From contig CALVPA010000077.1 in the NCBI GenBank assembly GCA_944350395.1, positions 1-41,563 on the forward strand: a stretch of DNA of 41,563 bases. The letters run 5' to 3'. The notes under the pieces are model-generated. The model saw nothing but the letters and a program-made list of their open reading frames with translations. It made no database searches and was not told the DNA's origin. Of this stretch, positions 1-8,909 are shown in pieces. Both the position numbers and the translations under genes were made by a program. Position 1 is the first letter of the stretch, and each line of letters opens with the position of its first letter. This DNA comes from an uncultured Bacilli bacterium. Lineage in GTDB: Bacteria; Bacillota_I; Bacilli_A; RF39; UBA660.

Positions 1-2
1 CC

Positions 3-827
3 GACGAATTTTTAAAGCCGATTTTATTAAATGGTGGAGTTCAAATAGAAGATGGCGACGCATTAATTTGGTTTAATTATAGGCCAGACCGCGCTAAACA
101 AATTTTGACAGTACTAACGGATAAAGACTTTTTGGAATATGATATAAAAAAATATGAGAATCTTAAAGTCCTAACTATTTATCCGATCGAAGAAGCTAAA
201 AATTCGTTGCACCTATTAGAAATTACCGATATAGAAAATCCTCTCGGTGTATATCTATCTAAATTGGGTTATACTCAAGCGCGCATAGCTGAGACTGAAA
301 AATATGCTCACGTCACATACTTTTTTGACGGAGGAAAAGAATACAAATTAAAGAGATGCGATAGATTTTTAATACCTAGTCCAAAGGTTGCAACTTATGA
401 TTTAAAGCCAGAGATGTCTTCTAGCGGGGTTACTGAAACATGTCTCAAAGCGTTAGATAAGGGATACGATTTTATACTTATGAATTATGCTAATCCAGAT
501 ATGGTAGGACATACAGGAAATTTAGATGCTGTCGTAAAAGCACTCGAGGTGTTAGACGGACATTTAAAAGAAGTTTTGGATAGAGCTAAAGAAAAAGGTT
601 ATACAGTATTTTTACTAAGTGACCACGGGAACTCTGACTATATGATAGATGAAAATGGTAATCCAGTGACGACTCACTCACTTTTTCCAGTCCCTTTTAT
701 TGTGACTGATAAATCTGTAGGCTTAAGAAATGGAAAACTTACTGAAGTAGCTCCAACGATTTTAGATTATATGGATTTACCACTTCCAAAAGAGATGAGT
801 GGTACAAAGACACTACTCGTTAAATAA
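3..827 (+). CDS. gpmI: 2,3-bisphosphoglycerate-independent phosphoglycerate mutase, C-terminal part (5' end lies outside the window)
   Basis: The frame is open from the window edge: DEFLKPILLNGGVQIEDGDALIWFNYRPDRAKQ precedes the tracked ORF. Motifs NYANPDMVGHTG and LSDHGN are typical of iPGM. TAA stop at 825-827. Confidence 0.9.
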   Translation, partial: DEFLKPILLNGGVQIEDGDALIWFNYRPDRAKQILTVLTDKDFLEYDIKKYENLKVLTIYPIEEAKNSLHLLEITDIENPLGVYLSKLGYTQARIAETEKYAHVTYFFDGGKEYKLKRCDRFLIPSPKVATYDLKPEMSSSGVTETCLKALDKGYDFILMNYANPDMVGHTGNLDAVVKALEVLDGHLKEVLDRAKEKGYTVFLLSDHGNSDYMIDENGNPVTTHSLFPVPFIVTDKSVGLRNGKLTEVAPTILDYMDLPLPKEMSGTKTLLVK

Positions 828-834
828 ATTTAGA

Positions 835-864
835 AAAATAGATGACTATTTTTCTTTTTTTTAT
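835..864 (+). terminator. Weak Rho-independent terminator after gpmI
   Basis: AAAATAG(835-841)/CTATTTT(846-852) hairpin followed by a T-rich run. The stem is almost all A-T, so it is weak. Confidence 0.35.
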
Positions 865-896
865 TCTTTTTTTATATATTTAATATAGGTGATAGT

Positions 897-1742
897 GTGA
901 AAATTAAATTATTTTTTGAAGGCATAATAATCGGACTCGGTAAAATCATACCGGGTGTAAGTGGAGCAGTACTAGCCATGATGTTCGGAGTTTATGAAAC
1001 TATAATTGAATCATTGAGTTCTATCAAATCATTTAAAAAAAATATAAAGTTCATGTGTATAATAGGGGTAGGAATTTTTTTATCCATAATATTTGGAAGT
1101 AGTGGTATAAAATATTTATTAGATAACTTCTACGTATACACGATGATGTTTTTTATGGGAATGATGGCTTCTGGCATACCATCTCTCGTAAGTGACGTTA
1201 AGAAAAGAAGTATATCCATGAAGCATGTAATTGTTTCCGTTTTAGTTGTATTTATTTTAATAAGACTAATGACACTCGATTACCAAAGCAGTACAGGTTT
1301 CCAAACTTTAGACTTTGAAACTTTTATATCGTTAATCGTATGTGGAATATTGGATGCTATAAGCACAATTGTACCCGGCATAAGTGGAACAGCAGTTTTG
1401 ATGCTAATTGGATACTACGATACGATTATAACTTCACTATCTAATTTGAGTACACTTACAGATGTAGCTAATTCGTTACTAGTATTATTTCCATTTTTTA
1501 TAGGTATGACTATAGGTATAGTACTCATAAGTAAAGTGATAAATTATCTATTCAAATACCATTCTGAAATTACTCATTTAACGATAATCGGTTTTTCTAT
1601 TTTTTCTATATTTATTCTATTTTTGAATGTACTAGATAACACTTATACTTTGTTTGAGTTCTTTATTTCAGTTGTGTACTTTATGATAGGTTTTATATCT
1701 GTATATTTAATTGAATCCAAATTGAATAAATGTGCGAAATAG
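897..1742 (+). CDS. DUF368-family polytopic membrane protein (family linked to undecaprenyl-phosphate recycling)
   Basis: Two copies of the DUF368 signature (IPGVSGA near the N-terminus and VPGISGT mid-protein). About 8 hydrophobic segments. GTG start preceded by AGGTGA. Confidence 0.75.
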   Translation: MKIKLFFEGIIIGLGKIIPGVSGAVLAMMFGVYETIIESLSSIKSFKKNIKFMCIIGVGIFLSIIFGSSGIKYLLDNFYVYTMMFFMGMMASGIPSLVSDVKKRSISMKHVIVSVLVVFILIRLMTLDYQSSTGFQTLDFETFISLIVCGILDAISTIVPGISGTAVLMLIGYYDTIITSLSNLSTLTDVANSLLVLFPFFIGMTIGIVLISKVINYLFKYHSEITHLTIIGFSIFSIFILFLNVLDNTYTLFEFFISVVYFMIGFISVYLIESKLNKCAK

Positions 1743-1804
1743 TATTCTTAAAAGATGTAAAAGGTGATATACTCTTGGTAAGGAAAAGGTTTATAGGTGG
1801 TAAA

Positions 1805-2524
1805 ATGATCGAAATTAAAAATTTAACTAAAATTTATAACGGAAGTAAAAAAGCTGTAGATAATGTAAGTTTAACAGTAAATAGTGGAGAAATATTCGCC
1901 TTCATTGGACATAATGGTGCTGGTAAGACAACTACTATCAAGTCTATGATGGGAATACTAAACTTCGATAGTGGCGATGTGTTAATAGATGGAAAATCAA
2001 TTAAGGAAGACCCTATCGCATGCAAGAAAGAGATGGCATATATTCCAGATAATCCTGAGCTATACGATAATCTAAAAGCTATAGAGTATATAAATTTTAT
2101 ATGTGACATATATGAAGTAGATAAGAAAACTAGAGAAAAAAATATAAAGAAGTATTCGGAAATGTTCGAAATATCTCAAGAATTAAACGATGAAATAGGG
2201 TCTCTTTCACACGGCATGAAGCAGAAAATTGCTTTAATTGCCGCACTAGCGCACAATCCAAAAGTAATAGTATTAGATGAGCCATTCGTAGGACTCGATC
2301 CAAAGGCTGTTTTCGATTTAAAGAACGTCATGAAAGAGATGACCAAAGAAGGTGCTTGTGTATTTTTCTCGACTCATATTCTCGAAGTTGCTGAAAAACT
2401 TTGCGATAAAGTGGCAATCATAAAAAATGGGAAGATAGTCGCATCTGGTACGATGAAAGAGATAAAGGGAGACAAATCTTTAGAAAAAGTGTTCCTAGAA
2501 CTAGACGAAGATATTAAGGGATAG
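1805..2524 (+). CDS. ABC transporter ATP-binding protein
   Basis: Walker A GHNGAGKTT, signature LSHGMKQKIAL, Walker B VIVLDEP. The ATG at 1805 is preceded by AGGTGG. The longer tracked ORF from 1730 overlaps the upstream gene and has no RBS. Confidence 0.9.
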   Translation: MIEIKNLTKIYNGSKKAVDNVSLTVNSGEIFAFIGHNGAGKTTTIKSMMGILNFDSGDVLIDGKSIKEDPIACKKEMAYIPDNPELYDNLKAIEYINFICDIYEVDKKTREKNIKKYSEMFEISQELNDEIGSLSHGMKQKIALIAALAHNPKVIVLDEPFVGLDPKAVFDLKNVMKEMTKEGACVFFSTHILEVAEKLCDKVAIIKNGKIVASGTMKEIKGDKSLEKVFLELDEDIKG

Positions 2525-2529
2525 ATATT

Positions 2530-4140
2530 ATGAAGAAGTTATTCTCACTTTTAAAAGTCATCACTAAAGGTGACATGAACATATTTAAATTTAAGACGAA
2601 AAAAGAGGGTATTAGTAAAATTCTTTTTCCATTAATATTATGCGCGATGGTGTTCTATTCTATGTATTATTATGCATCATTTTTTGGAGATGCCCTTTAT
2701 GATGTAAATTTAACTTATATATTATTGTCTATGTTTTCTATATTCATCGTGCTCGTCTTACTATCACAAGGATTATATAAATCTCAGGGGATCTTATTCG
2801 ATGCGAAAGACAACAATTTGCTATTTTCTCTACCCATTGAGAAAAAATATATATTAGCAGCTAGAATTATTAAACTGATGCTCTTCGAGTACATGTTCGA
2901 ACTGTTATTCTTATTGCCTGCTTATTTAAAATACATTCTCTTAGAATCGCCATCGGTGTACTTCTATTTAATTTCGGTATTATTCTTGATTTTACTTCCT
3001 ATAATTCCGACGATAATTGCCTGTGTAATCGGCTATGTTGTGAAATTTTTCTCGACTAAATCAAAAAACAAAAATCTTGCGCAGATTATATTATCATTTG
3101 CACTCGTATTTATCATAATGTATGTATCTTTCAATATGGAAGGTTTCTTAAACGACATAGTTTCATCAGCGACGAGCATTAACGACATAATCAGCAAGAT
3201 ATATCTCCCTATAGGCCTCTATATAAATTTGATTCAAAATTTTGATGTTATAAATCTTATCGGACTAATCGTACTAAACCTCATACCATTCGCATTATTC
3301 ATATATGTGTTTAGCTACGGATACGATAGAGTTATTAATGAGTCTAAAGAAGTATTTACTAAAAAGAAAACTAAACTTAAAGAATTAAGCATTAAGTCTA
3401 ATTCTAAGTTTAAATCACTTTTGAATAAAGAGTTAAAGAAATATTTTTCATCGCCCATGTATTTATTTAATACTATATTTGGAATCATTTTACTTTTGAT
3501 TGTAACAGTAGGCATGTGTATTAATTTAGAAGGAACAATGAATTTGATTATAAACGGAGATGGCGCTGACATAAGTTTAGATAAAATTCTAACTTACTTG
3601 CCACAAATATATCTAATAATATTACTCTTCATGGCTTCAACAGCCCAGATAACTGCGAGTAGTATATCTTTAGAGGGAAAGAAAATAGAACTTTTAAAAA
3701 CTCTTCCTCTTTCTCCTATGCAAATATTTAATTCTAAGATAATGATGAGCAATGTCATAGTAATTCCGCTACTTTTTATAAGCTCTCTCATATTTATAGT
3801 GAGATTCGAATTATATAACGTCATGAGTCTATATTTAATAGGGTTTGCAATAGTTTATCCTACACTCATGGCTATAATAGGACTCTTAATAAATTTGAGA
3901 TACCCAAAACTTGAGTTTACTTCAGAAACAGAAGTAGTTAAGCAGAGTGCTAGTTCAGTCTTATCCGTTCTAGTCGGTATGATTATACCAGCTATATCGC
4001 TCATAGTTTATTTCAGATTTGTAGATTCTATAAGCGCAAATGTACTAATCGGTTTAAATCTTCTATTTGAAGTAATATTAGCGATATTCGCGTATATCGT
4101 ACTTAAACATTACGGAGTTAAAAAATTTGACGAACTTTAA
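2530..4140 (+). CDS. Polytopic ABC-exporter permease partner of the preceding ATPase
   Basis: 536 aa with more than 10 hydrophobic segments in two blocks. It starts 5 nt after the ATPase stop, so the two are an operon pair. No specific substrate family is recognisable. Confidence 0.6.
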   Translation: MKKLFSLLKVITKGDMNIFKFKTKKEGISKILFPLILCAMVFYSMYYYASFFGDALYDVNLTYILLSMFSIFIVLVLLSQGLYKSQGILFDAKDNNLLFSLPIEKKYILAARIIKLMLFEYMFELLFLLPAYLKYILLESPSVYFYLISVLFLILLPIIPTIIACVIGYVVKFFSTKSKNKNLAQIILSFALVFIIMYVSFNMEGFLNDIVSSATSINDIISKIYLPIGLYINLIQNFDVINLIGLIVLNLIPFALFIYVFSYGYDRVINESKEVFTKKKTKLKELSIKSNSKFKSLLNKELKKYFSSPMYLFNTIFGIILLLIVTVGMCINLEGTMNLIINGDGADISLDKILTYLPQIYLIILLFMASTAQITASSISLEGKKIELLKTLPLSPMQIFNSKIMMSNVIVIPLLFISSLIFIVRFELYNVMSLYLIGFAIVYPTLMAIIGLLINLRYPKLEFTSETEVVKQSASSVLSVLVGMIIPAISLIVYFRFVDSISANVLIGLNLLFEVILAIFAYIVLKHYGVKKFDEL

Positions 4141-4148
4141 TGGAAATT

Positions 4149-4195
4149 ATCACCAGTTTATTTCAGAGTTTAGTCTTTAAAATAATACTGGTGAT
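4149..4195. repeat. 9-bp perfect inverted repeat with a 29-nt loop between the permease and the small secreted protein gene
   Basis: ATCACCAGT (4149-4157) and ACTGGTGAT (4187-4195), followed by TTTTCTC and the ATG at 4202. The 3' arm contains the GGTGA RBS of the downstream gene. Confidence 0.4.
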
Positions 4196-4201
4196 TTTCT
4201 C

Positions 4202-4519
4202 ATGAAAAAATTTATTCTTTCACTCTTTGCAGCATCGTTTATTTTTAATGCGAGTGCAAGCTATTCGAACGACGATAAAGTTTTGCTATTTGGTGACCTA
4301 AACACGCGCAATTTCATAGATAGAATAGAAAAGTTAAAATTAGAGGGAATAAGTTATATATGTACTAAAGATTACTGTTATGATTTTACTTTTGAATCTT
4401 TAGATAAAAATTTAGAAAGTTTTGAAAATAAGTATTTGTCTACGATAGAAGATGAAGAAGTTAAAAATACTTTAAAAGTAAAGGGAATAAAAATTACAAA
4501 GATAGGAATAGAAAAATAA
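4202..4519 (+). CDS. Small secreted hypothetical protein
   Basis: N-terminal signal peptide MKKFILSLFAASFIFNASA with an ASA cleavage motif. GGTGA lies 7 nt upstream of the ATG. No recognisable family. Confidence 0.5.
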   Translation: MKKFILSLFAASFIFNASASYSNDDKVLLFGDLNTRNFIDRIEKLKLEGISYICTKDYCYDFTFESLDKNLESFENKYLSTIEDEEVKNTLKVKGIKITKIGIEK

Positions 4520-4540
4520 AAACTACTATAAAAGTAGTTT
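4520..4540 (-). terminator. Hairpin between convergent genes; a T-run follows only on the minus strand
   Basis: AAACTACT(4520-4527)/AGTAGTTT(4533-4540). On the minus strand it is followed by TTTATTTTT. Confidence 0.45.
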
Positions 4541-4727
4541 AACCGTTGTCGCCAGGTGTCTTAAAGGCAATGCTTGCTATAGCTTTTACTATTATGACTG
4601 CAATAGCAATATCTAACACATATTCTACTAGGTCACCTAATTGGTCTTTAAATATACTGTGTATGAAATCGGAATATATATTATAGTAATTTACAATTGC
4701 CGCACCAATACTTTTTAAAACTTCCAT
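4539..4727 (-). CDS. Small hypothetical membrane protein (62 aa from ATG 4727; alternative GTG at 4736)
   Basis: The C-terminal hydrophobic segment IAIAVIIVKAIASIAF and a TATAAT (4753-4748, minus strand) just upstream support it. The stop lies in a terminator hairpin. The RBS is poor and no homology is recognised. Confidence 0.3.
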   Translation of the reverse strand: MEVLKSIGAAIVNYYNIYSDFIHSIFKDQLGDLVEYVLDIAIAVIIVKAIASIAFKTPGDNG

Positions 4728-4784
4728 TGTTATCACATCCTATAAGGATTATACAACAAAATATTAAAATTTAATAGCAAATTG

Positions 4785-4813
4785 TTGCATTTTTTGATAT
4801 TTATTGGTATTAT
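4785..4813 (+). promoter_or_regulatory. Putative sigma-A promoter of tRNA-His
   Basis: TTGCAT (4785-4790), 17-nt spacer, TATTAT (4808-4813), about 12 nt before the tRNA 5' end. Confidence 0.4.
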
Positions 4814-4825
4814 ATAGTTGCTCTT

Positions 4826-4902
4826 GGCGAAATTGGTGAAGTGGTTAACACGCCGGATTGTGGCTCCGGTATGCGTGGGTTCGATCCCCACATTTCGCCC
4901 CA
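4826..4902 (+). tRNA. tRNA-His (anticodon GTG) with genome-encoded G-1 and CCA
   Basis: Manual cloverleaf. G-1 precedes the acceptor stem GCGAAAT/ATTTCGC. The anticodon arm is CCGGA-TTGTGGC-TCCGG, giving GTG. The T arm is GTGGG-TTCGATC-CCCAC. C73 pairs with G-1, and a terminal CCA is present. Confidence 0.93.
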
Positions 4903-4945
4903 TTTAAGAATTTTCACACAATTTTATGTGTTAAATAAGTATAAG

Positions 4946-4980
4946 TTCATAATATTTGTTATTATGAATTTTTATTTTTA
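4946..4980 (+). terminator. Rho-independent terminator after tRNA-His
   Basis: TTCATAATA(4946-4954)/TATTATGAA(4960-4968) followed by TTTTTATTTTT. Confidence 0.6.
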
Positions 4981-5077
4981 ATAAATAATAATTTTTAAAT
5001 GTACATTTGATAAAAAATATTATATTATAAATTTAACTTATTCAATATTTTAAGTTTAGTAGAAAGCAGGCAGTAAT

Positions 5078-5536
5078 ATGGTTGAAATAAAAAAAGTTGT
5101 AAACGACGAGACGGCTAATGAATGTGATGAAATGCTTACCATGCTTTTGCAATCTGAAAGAAAGTATGATGAAAATATAAGAGCAGATTATAAAGTAAAT
5201 GGTTTTTATAAAAATAAATATCCTGATGAAGCAAGTGTTTTATATATAGCACTCGATAGTTCTAAGCCAGTCGGCTACGTTTATGGATATATAAAGACAG
5301 AGAAAGGTTCTTTTGCTCACCATTCTACTGCATATGTAGATGCTCTGTATGTCAAAGAAGAATTCAGAAACTGTGGGATTGCTACATCACTTCTAGAAGA
5401 ATTTTATAAATGGTGCAAGGATAGAGAAGTTAAATCTATAGAAATCGCAGTGTTTAAAGATAATATCGATGCAGTTAAACTCTATGAAAAAGAAAATTTT
5501 AGACAAAATGAATATATTTTGATTAAAGAATTGTAG
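5078..5536 (+). CDS. GNAT-family N-acetyltransferase
   Basis: 152 aa. The acetyl-CoA binding motif region is VKEEFRNCGIATSLLEEF (R/Q-x-x-G-x-A/G). The length and beta-alpha pattern are typical. Confidence 0.8.
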   Translation: MVEIKKVVNDETANECDEMLTMLLQSERKYDENIRADYKVNGFYKNKYPDEASVLYIALDSSKPVGYVYGYIKTEKGSFAHHSTAYVDALYVKEEFRNCGIATSLLEEFYKWCKDREVKSIEIAVFKDNIDAVKLYEKENFRQNEYILIKEL

Positions 5537-5546
5537 TGGTGTATTC

Positions 5547-7286
5547 ATGAAAGAATTATGGAAAAATTTAAAGTTTGCGTGGCGGTTTAGTAAAAGCCAG
5601 AAGAAATATATTATTTTATACGTTATTACAAATATTTTTAACGTAATTATGGGAGTATTATTACCTATACTAAGTGCTAAGATTATAGTAAATCTAACGA
5701 ATAACGCGTTATATCAGGTTATATTGATAGCAATAGCAATCTACATAGTACAAAATTTTAATAATTTGATTTCTTTTATAGCTAGGAGATGTACTCAAGT
5801 TATATATCGCGAAAGTTTTTACGAGATACAGACAGAGTTAGGTAGCGATATATTAAAACTCGAGAATAATGTTATAGATAAGAATGGATCTGGAGTATTC
5901 ATACAAAGGCTTACTAGTGATACTAGTAGACTTGCAGATGTGTTCAATGTGTTGAATATATACTTGGGAAACATAATAATGGATATAGGTATTTTTATCG
6001 CTATATTTATTATAAATATATATGTGTTTTTATATTTAATGGGAATGACTGTAATACTATATTTAATAGTCAGAAAAAAGACGGAAGTGCATAATGAGCA
6101 AGATAAAATATTCAGAAAAAAAGATGAAGGCGTCTATGGTTTTGTCGGCGAGATAGTGAGAGGCGCTAGAGATATTAAGATGCTCAATGCTGAAAGAGAT
6201 TTTATATTAGAATTAAAATCTAAAGTACGAGATTTTAACAATTGCAGATATGAGATGCAAAATAAAGACAATAAATATATACTTTTAGAATCCGTAGTAT
6301 TAGATTTAGATGATCTATTATTGATATTATTATTAGTACTTTTAATATCGGTTAACCATTTAGAAATTGCAAGTGCTCTTATTTTATATAATTATTCGAT
6401 GAGGGTACCGAACATAATTTATTATTTCGATTTATTATTAGAAAAAATTAAGGATTTCAACTTGTCTTCTTCTAGAATATTTGCAATCATGTATTCAGAC
6501 GAATTTAAAAAGGAAAAATTCGGGGAAATTCATTTAGATAAAGTTAATGGCGATTTCGAATTTAAGAACGTTTACTTTAAATATGATGAGCAAGAAGATT
6601 ACGTATTAAAAGATTTAAATTTTAAGGTAAACGCTAATGAAACTGTAGCTTTCGTAGGTAAATCTGGAGCGGGGAAAAGTACCATATTTAACCTTTTGTG
6701 TAAGATGTACGATATAGAGAAGGGTTCAATTACAATAGATGGAATCAATATTAAAGACCTAGACAAAGACTCTATAAGAGGAAATATTACGATTATAAGT
6801 CAAAATCCTTATATATTTAATATGTCTATAAGGGATAACCTTAGGTTGGTTAAAAATGATCTCACTGAAGAAGAGATGAAGAGTGCTTGCAAATCGGCCT
6901 GTCTATCGGATTTTATCGATACTTTGCCAGAAGGGTACGACACCATAATTGGAGAAGGTGGTGTAAACCTAAGTGGCGGACAAAAACAGCGTTTAGCGAT
7001 AGCGAGAGCGCTTGTCCAAAAGACTGAAATTATACTTTTCGATGAAGCAACAAGCGCACTAGATAACGAAACTCAAAGTGAAATACAGGAAGCTATCGAG
7101 AATATGAAAAGTGAATACACCATTTTAATAATTGCTCATAGATTATCTACTGTCATAAATAGCGATAGAATTATGCTCTTAGAAGATGGTAAAATAACGC
7201 ACGTAGGATCTCATAAAAAGTTGCTAAGAGAATCAAAAGAATATAAAAGATTATATGAATCAGAACTTCTTACAAACGATAGATAA
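5547..7286 (+). CDS. ABC transporter, fused permease/ATP-binding half-transporter (MsbA/type I exporter-like)
   Basis: N-terminal 6-TM domain. Walker A GKSGAGKST, signature LSGGQKQRLAIARAL, Walker B ILFDEATSALD, H-loop IAHRLS. Confidence 0.9.
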   Translation: MKELWKNLKFAWRFSKSQKKYIILYVITNIFNVIMGVLLPILSAKIIVNLTNNALYQVILIAIAIYIVQNFNNLISFIARRCTQVIYRESFYEIQTELGSDILKLENNVIDKNGSGVFIQRLTSDTSRLADVFNVLNIYLGNIIMDIGIFIAIFIINIYVFLYLMGMTVILYLIVRKKTEVHNEQDKIFRKKDEGVYGFVGEIVRGARDIKMLNAERDFILELKSKVRDFNNCRYEMQNKDNKYILLESVVLDLDDLLLILLLVLLISVNHLEIASALILYNYSMRVPNIIYYFDLLLEKIKDFNLSSSRIFAIMYSDEFKKEKFGEIHLDKVNGDFEFKNVYFKYDEQEDYVLKDLNFKVNANETVAFVGKSGAGKSTIFNLLCKMYDIEKGSITIDGINIKDLDKDSIRGNITIISQNPYIFNMSIRDNLRLVKNDLTEEEMKSACKSACLSDFIDTLPEGYDTIIGEGGVNLSGGQKQRLAIARALVQKTEIILFDEATSALDNETQSEIQEAIENMKSEYTILIIAHRLSTVINSDRIMLLEDGKITHVGSHKKLLRESKEYKRLYESELLTNDR

Positions 7287-7310
7287 AAATAGACACGAGT
7301 CTATTTTTTT
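7287..7310 (+). terminator. Rho-independent terminator after the ABC exporter
   Basis: AAATAGAC(7287-7294)/GTCTATTT(7299-7306) plus a T-run. A TATAAT at 7313-7318 follows, serving cls. Confidence 0.65.
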
Positions 7311-7341
7311 AGTATAATAAATTTCATAAAGGAAGATGTAC

Positions 7342-8877
7342 ATGAAGTTAGTAAAGGATGCAATAAATAAAATTGGGGCGAGCAAAACACTCATATTTAT
7401 AACTCTAATAATATTACAAATAGTCATTTATGTAATGATATACAAATTTTTAAGTGAATATATTTCTTTTGTGTTCGGTGGATTCAGCATCATCACCATT
7501 ATTCTTTTGATAGTTATAATGAACGATAGATCTAATCCTATGTACAAGATATCGTGGATAATACTCATTCTCACCATGCAAGGAATTGGTGCTTTACTTT
7601 ATATGTATGTTCACATGGATTCACTATATAAGTCGGTTAAAAAATTGTATTTTAAATATAAAAAAGAAACTTCTAAAGAATTAACTCAAAATTCTAAAGT
7701 CTTATCGGATTTAAAGAAAGAATCAAAATTTGTATCTGGTATCAGTAATTATTGCTTTAACATTTGTGGTTATCCAACATATCGTAATACTGAAACAAAA
7801 TATTTAAAAATAGGTGAAGAATACTTTGCAGCGCTGTTAGAGGAATTAAACAAAGCTAAAAAGTTTATACTTTTAGAATATTTTATTATAAATAATGATT
7901 ACACTTGGCAAAGCATTTTAAATGTTTTATTAAAGAAAGCGCGAGAAGGGGTAGAAGTTAAAGTAATGTATGACGGATTCGGTTCTCTTATCACACTCCC
8001 TAGCGATTATGACGAGTATTTGAATAGATGTGGTATAGATGCAGCCATTTTTTCGAAAGTAAGACCTTTTTTAGCACTTCACCAAAATAATAGGAGTCAT
8101 AGAAAGATTCTCGTTATCGACGGAGAAGTCGGATTCATGGGTGGAATAAATTTAGCAGATGAATATGCAAACAGAGTAACTAAACATGGGCATTGGAAAG
8201 ATACAGGTATAATGCTTAAAGGAGACGCTGTAAATTCGCTTACTATGATGTTTTTTGAACTATGGGGTACTTGCACACGCGATAAGATAGATTATGAAAA
8301 ATATATTTCTAATAAAAAGTGTGAAAGTGATGGATACGTTATACCTTATTCAGATTCTCCTTACGATGACATAAACTTAGGAGAAGATATTTATTTGAAC
8401 ATAATAAACAGTGCTACTGACTATGTATATATAACAACTCCATATCTTATAATAGATGACAATTTTATAAAAGCACTAGATAATGTCTCAAAAAGAGGAG
8501 TAAGGGTTGTCATTATTGTACCTCACATTCCAGATAAAAAATATGTTTACTATATGGCCAATGCTCAGTACAAAGTTTTAATCGAAAGTGGAGTAGAGAT
8601 ATATGAATATACTCCTGGCTTTATTCACGCTAAGATGTTTTTATCGGATGATAAAGTAGGAGTCGTTGGATCTATCAATTTAGATTATAGAAGTTTGTAT
8701 TTGCACTTCGAATGTGCTACTTTACTTTACAATACGAGTTCTTTAAAGGACATAAAAAAAGATATAGAGGAAACTATTAGTAAGTCAACTCCAGTAACTA
8801 AGAGATATCTAAAAAAACTTCCTATCAAAAATATAATATTTGGCAAAATATTAAAATTGTTTGCTCCTCTAATGTAA
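7342..8877 (+). CDS. cls: Cardiolipin synthase
   Basis: N-terminal TM helices and two HKD motifs (HRKILVIDG...GGINL and HAKMFLSDD...GSINLD). The ATG at 7342 has better spacing from AAGGAAG than the ATG at 7336. Confidence 0.9.
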   Translation: MKLVKDAINKIGASKTLIFITLIILQIVIYVMIYKFLSEYISFVFGGFSIITIILLIVIMNDRSNPMYKISWIILILTMQGIGALLYMYVHMDSLYKSVKKLYFKYKKETSKELTQNSKVLSDLKKESKFVSGISNYCFNICGYPTYRNTETKYLKIGEEYFAALLEELNKAKKFILLEYFIINNDYTWQSILNVLLKKAREGVEVKVMYDGFGSLITLPSDYDEYLNRCGIDAAIFSKVRPFLALHQNNRSHRKILVIDGEVGFMGGINLADEYANRVTKHGHWKDTGIMLKGDAVNSLTMMFFELWGTCTRDKIDYEKYISNKKCESDGYVIPYSDSPYDDINLGEDIYLNIINSATDYVYITTPYLIIDDNFIKALDNVSKRGVRVVIIVPHIPDKKYVYYMANAQYKVLIESGVEIYEYTPGFIHAKMFLSDDKVGVVGSINLDYRSLYLHFECATLLYNTSSLKDIKKDIEETISKSTPVTKRYLKKLPIKNIIFGKILKLFAPLM

Positions 8878-8879
8878 AA

Positions 8880-8909
8880 AAACCGTTTCCAAATTAAGAA
8901 ACGGTTTTT
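8880..8909. terminator. Bidirectional terminator between convergent cls and the GT-C-like gene
   Basis: AAACCGTTTC(8880-8889)/GAAACGGTTT(8898-8907), with A-rich sequence on the 5' side and a T-run on the 3' side. The stop of the minus-strand gene (8894-8896) lies in the loop. Confidence 0.7.

Noticed and set aside
5078-5536. The GNAT gene as a GNAT-type toxin of a toxin-antitoxin pair.
   Set aside because: No small antitoxin ORF lies upstream, where there is an AT-rich spacer after the tRNA terminator. The gene lies 10 nt upstream of an ABC exporter, so it is more consistent with an ordinary acetyltransferase.
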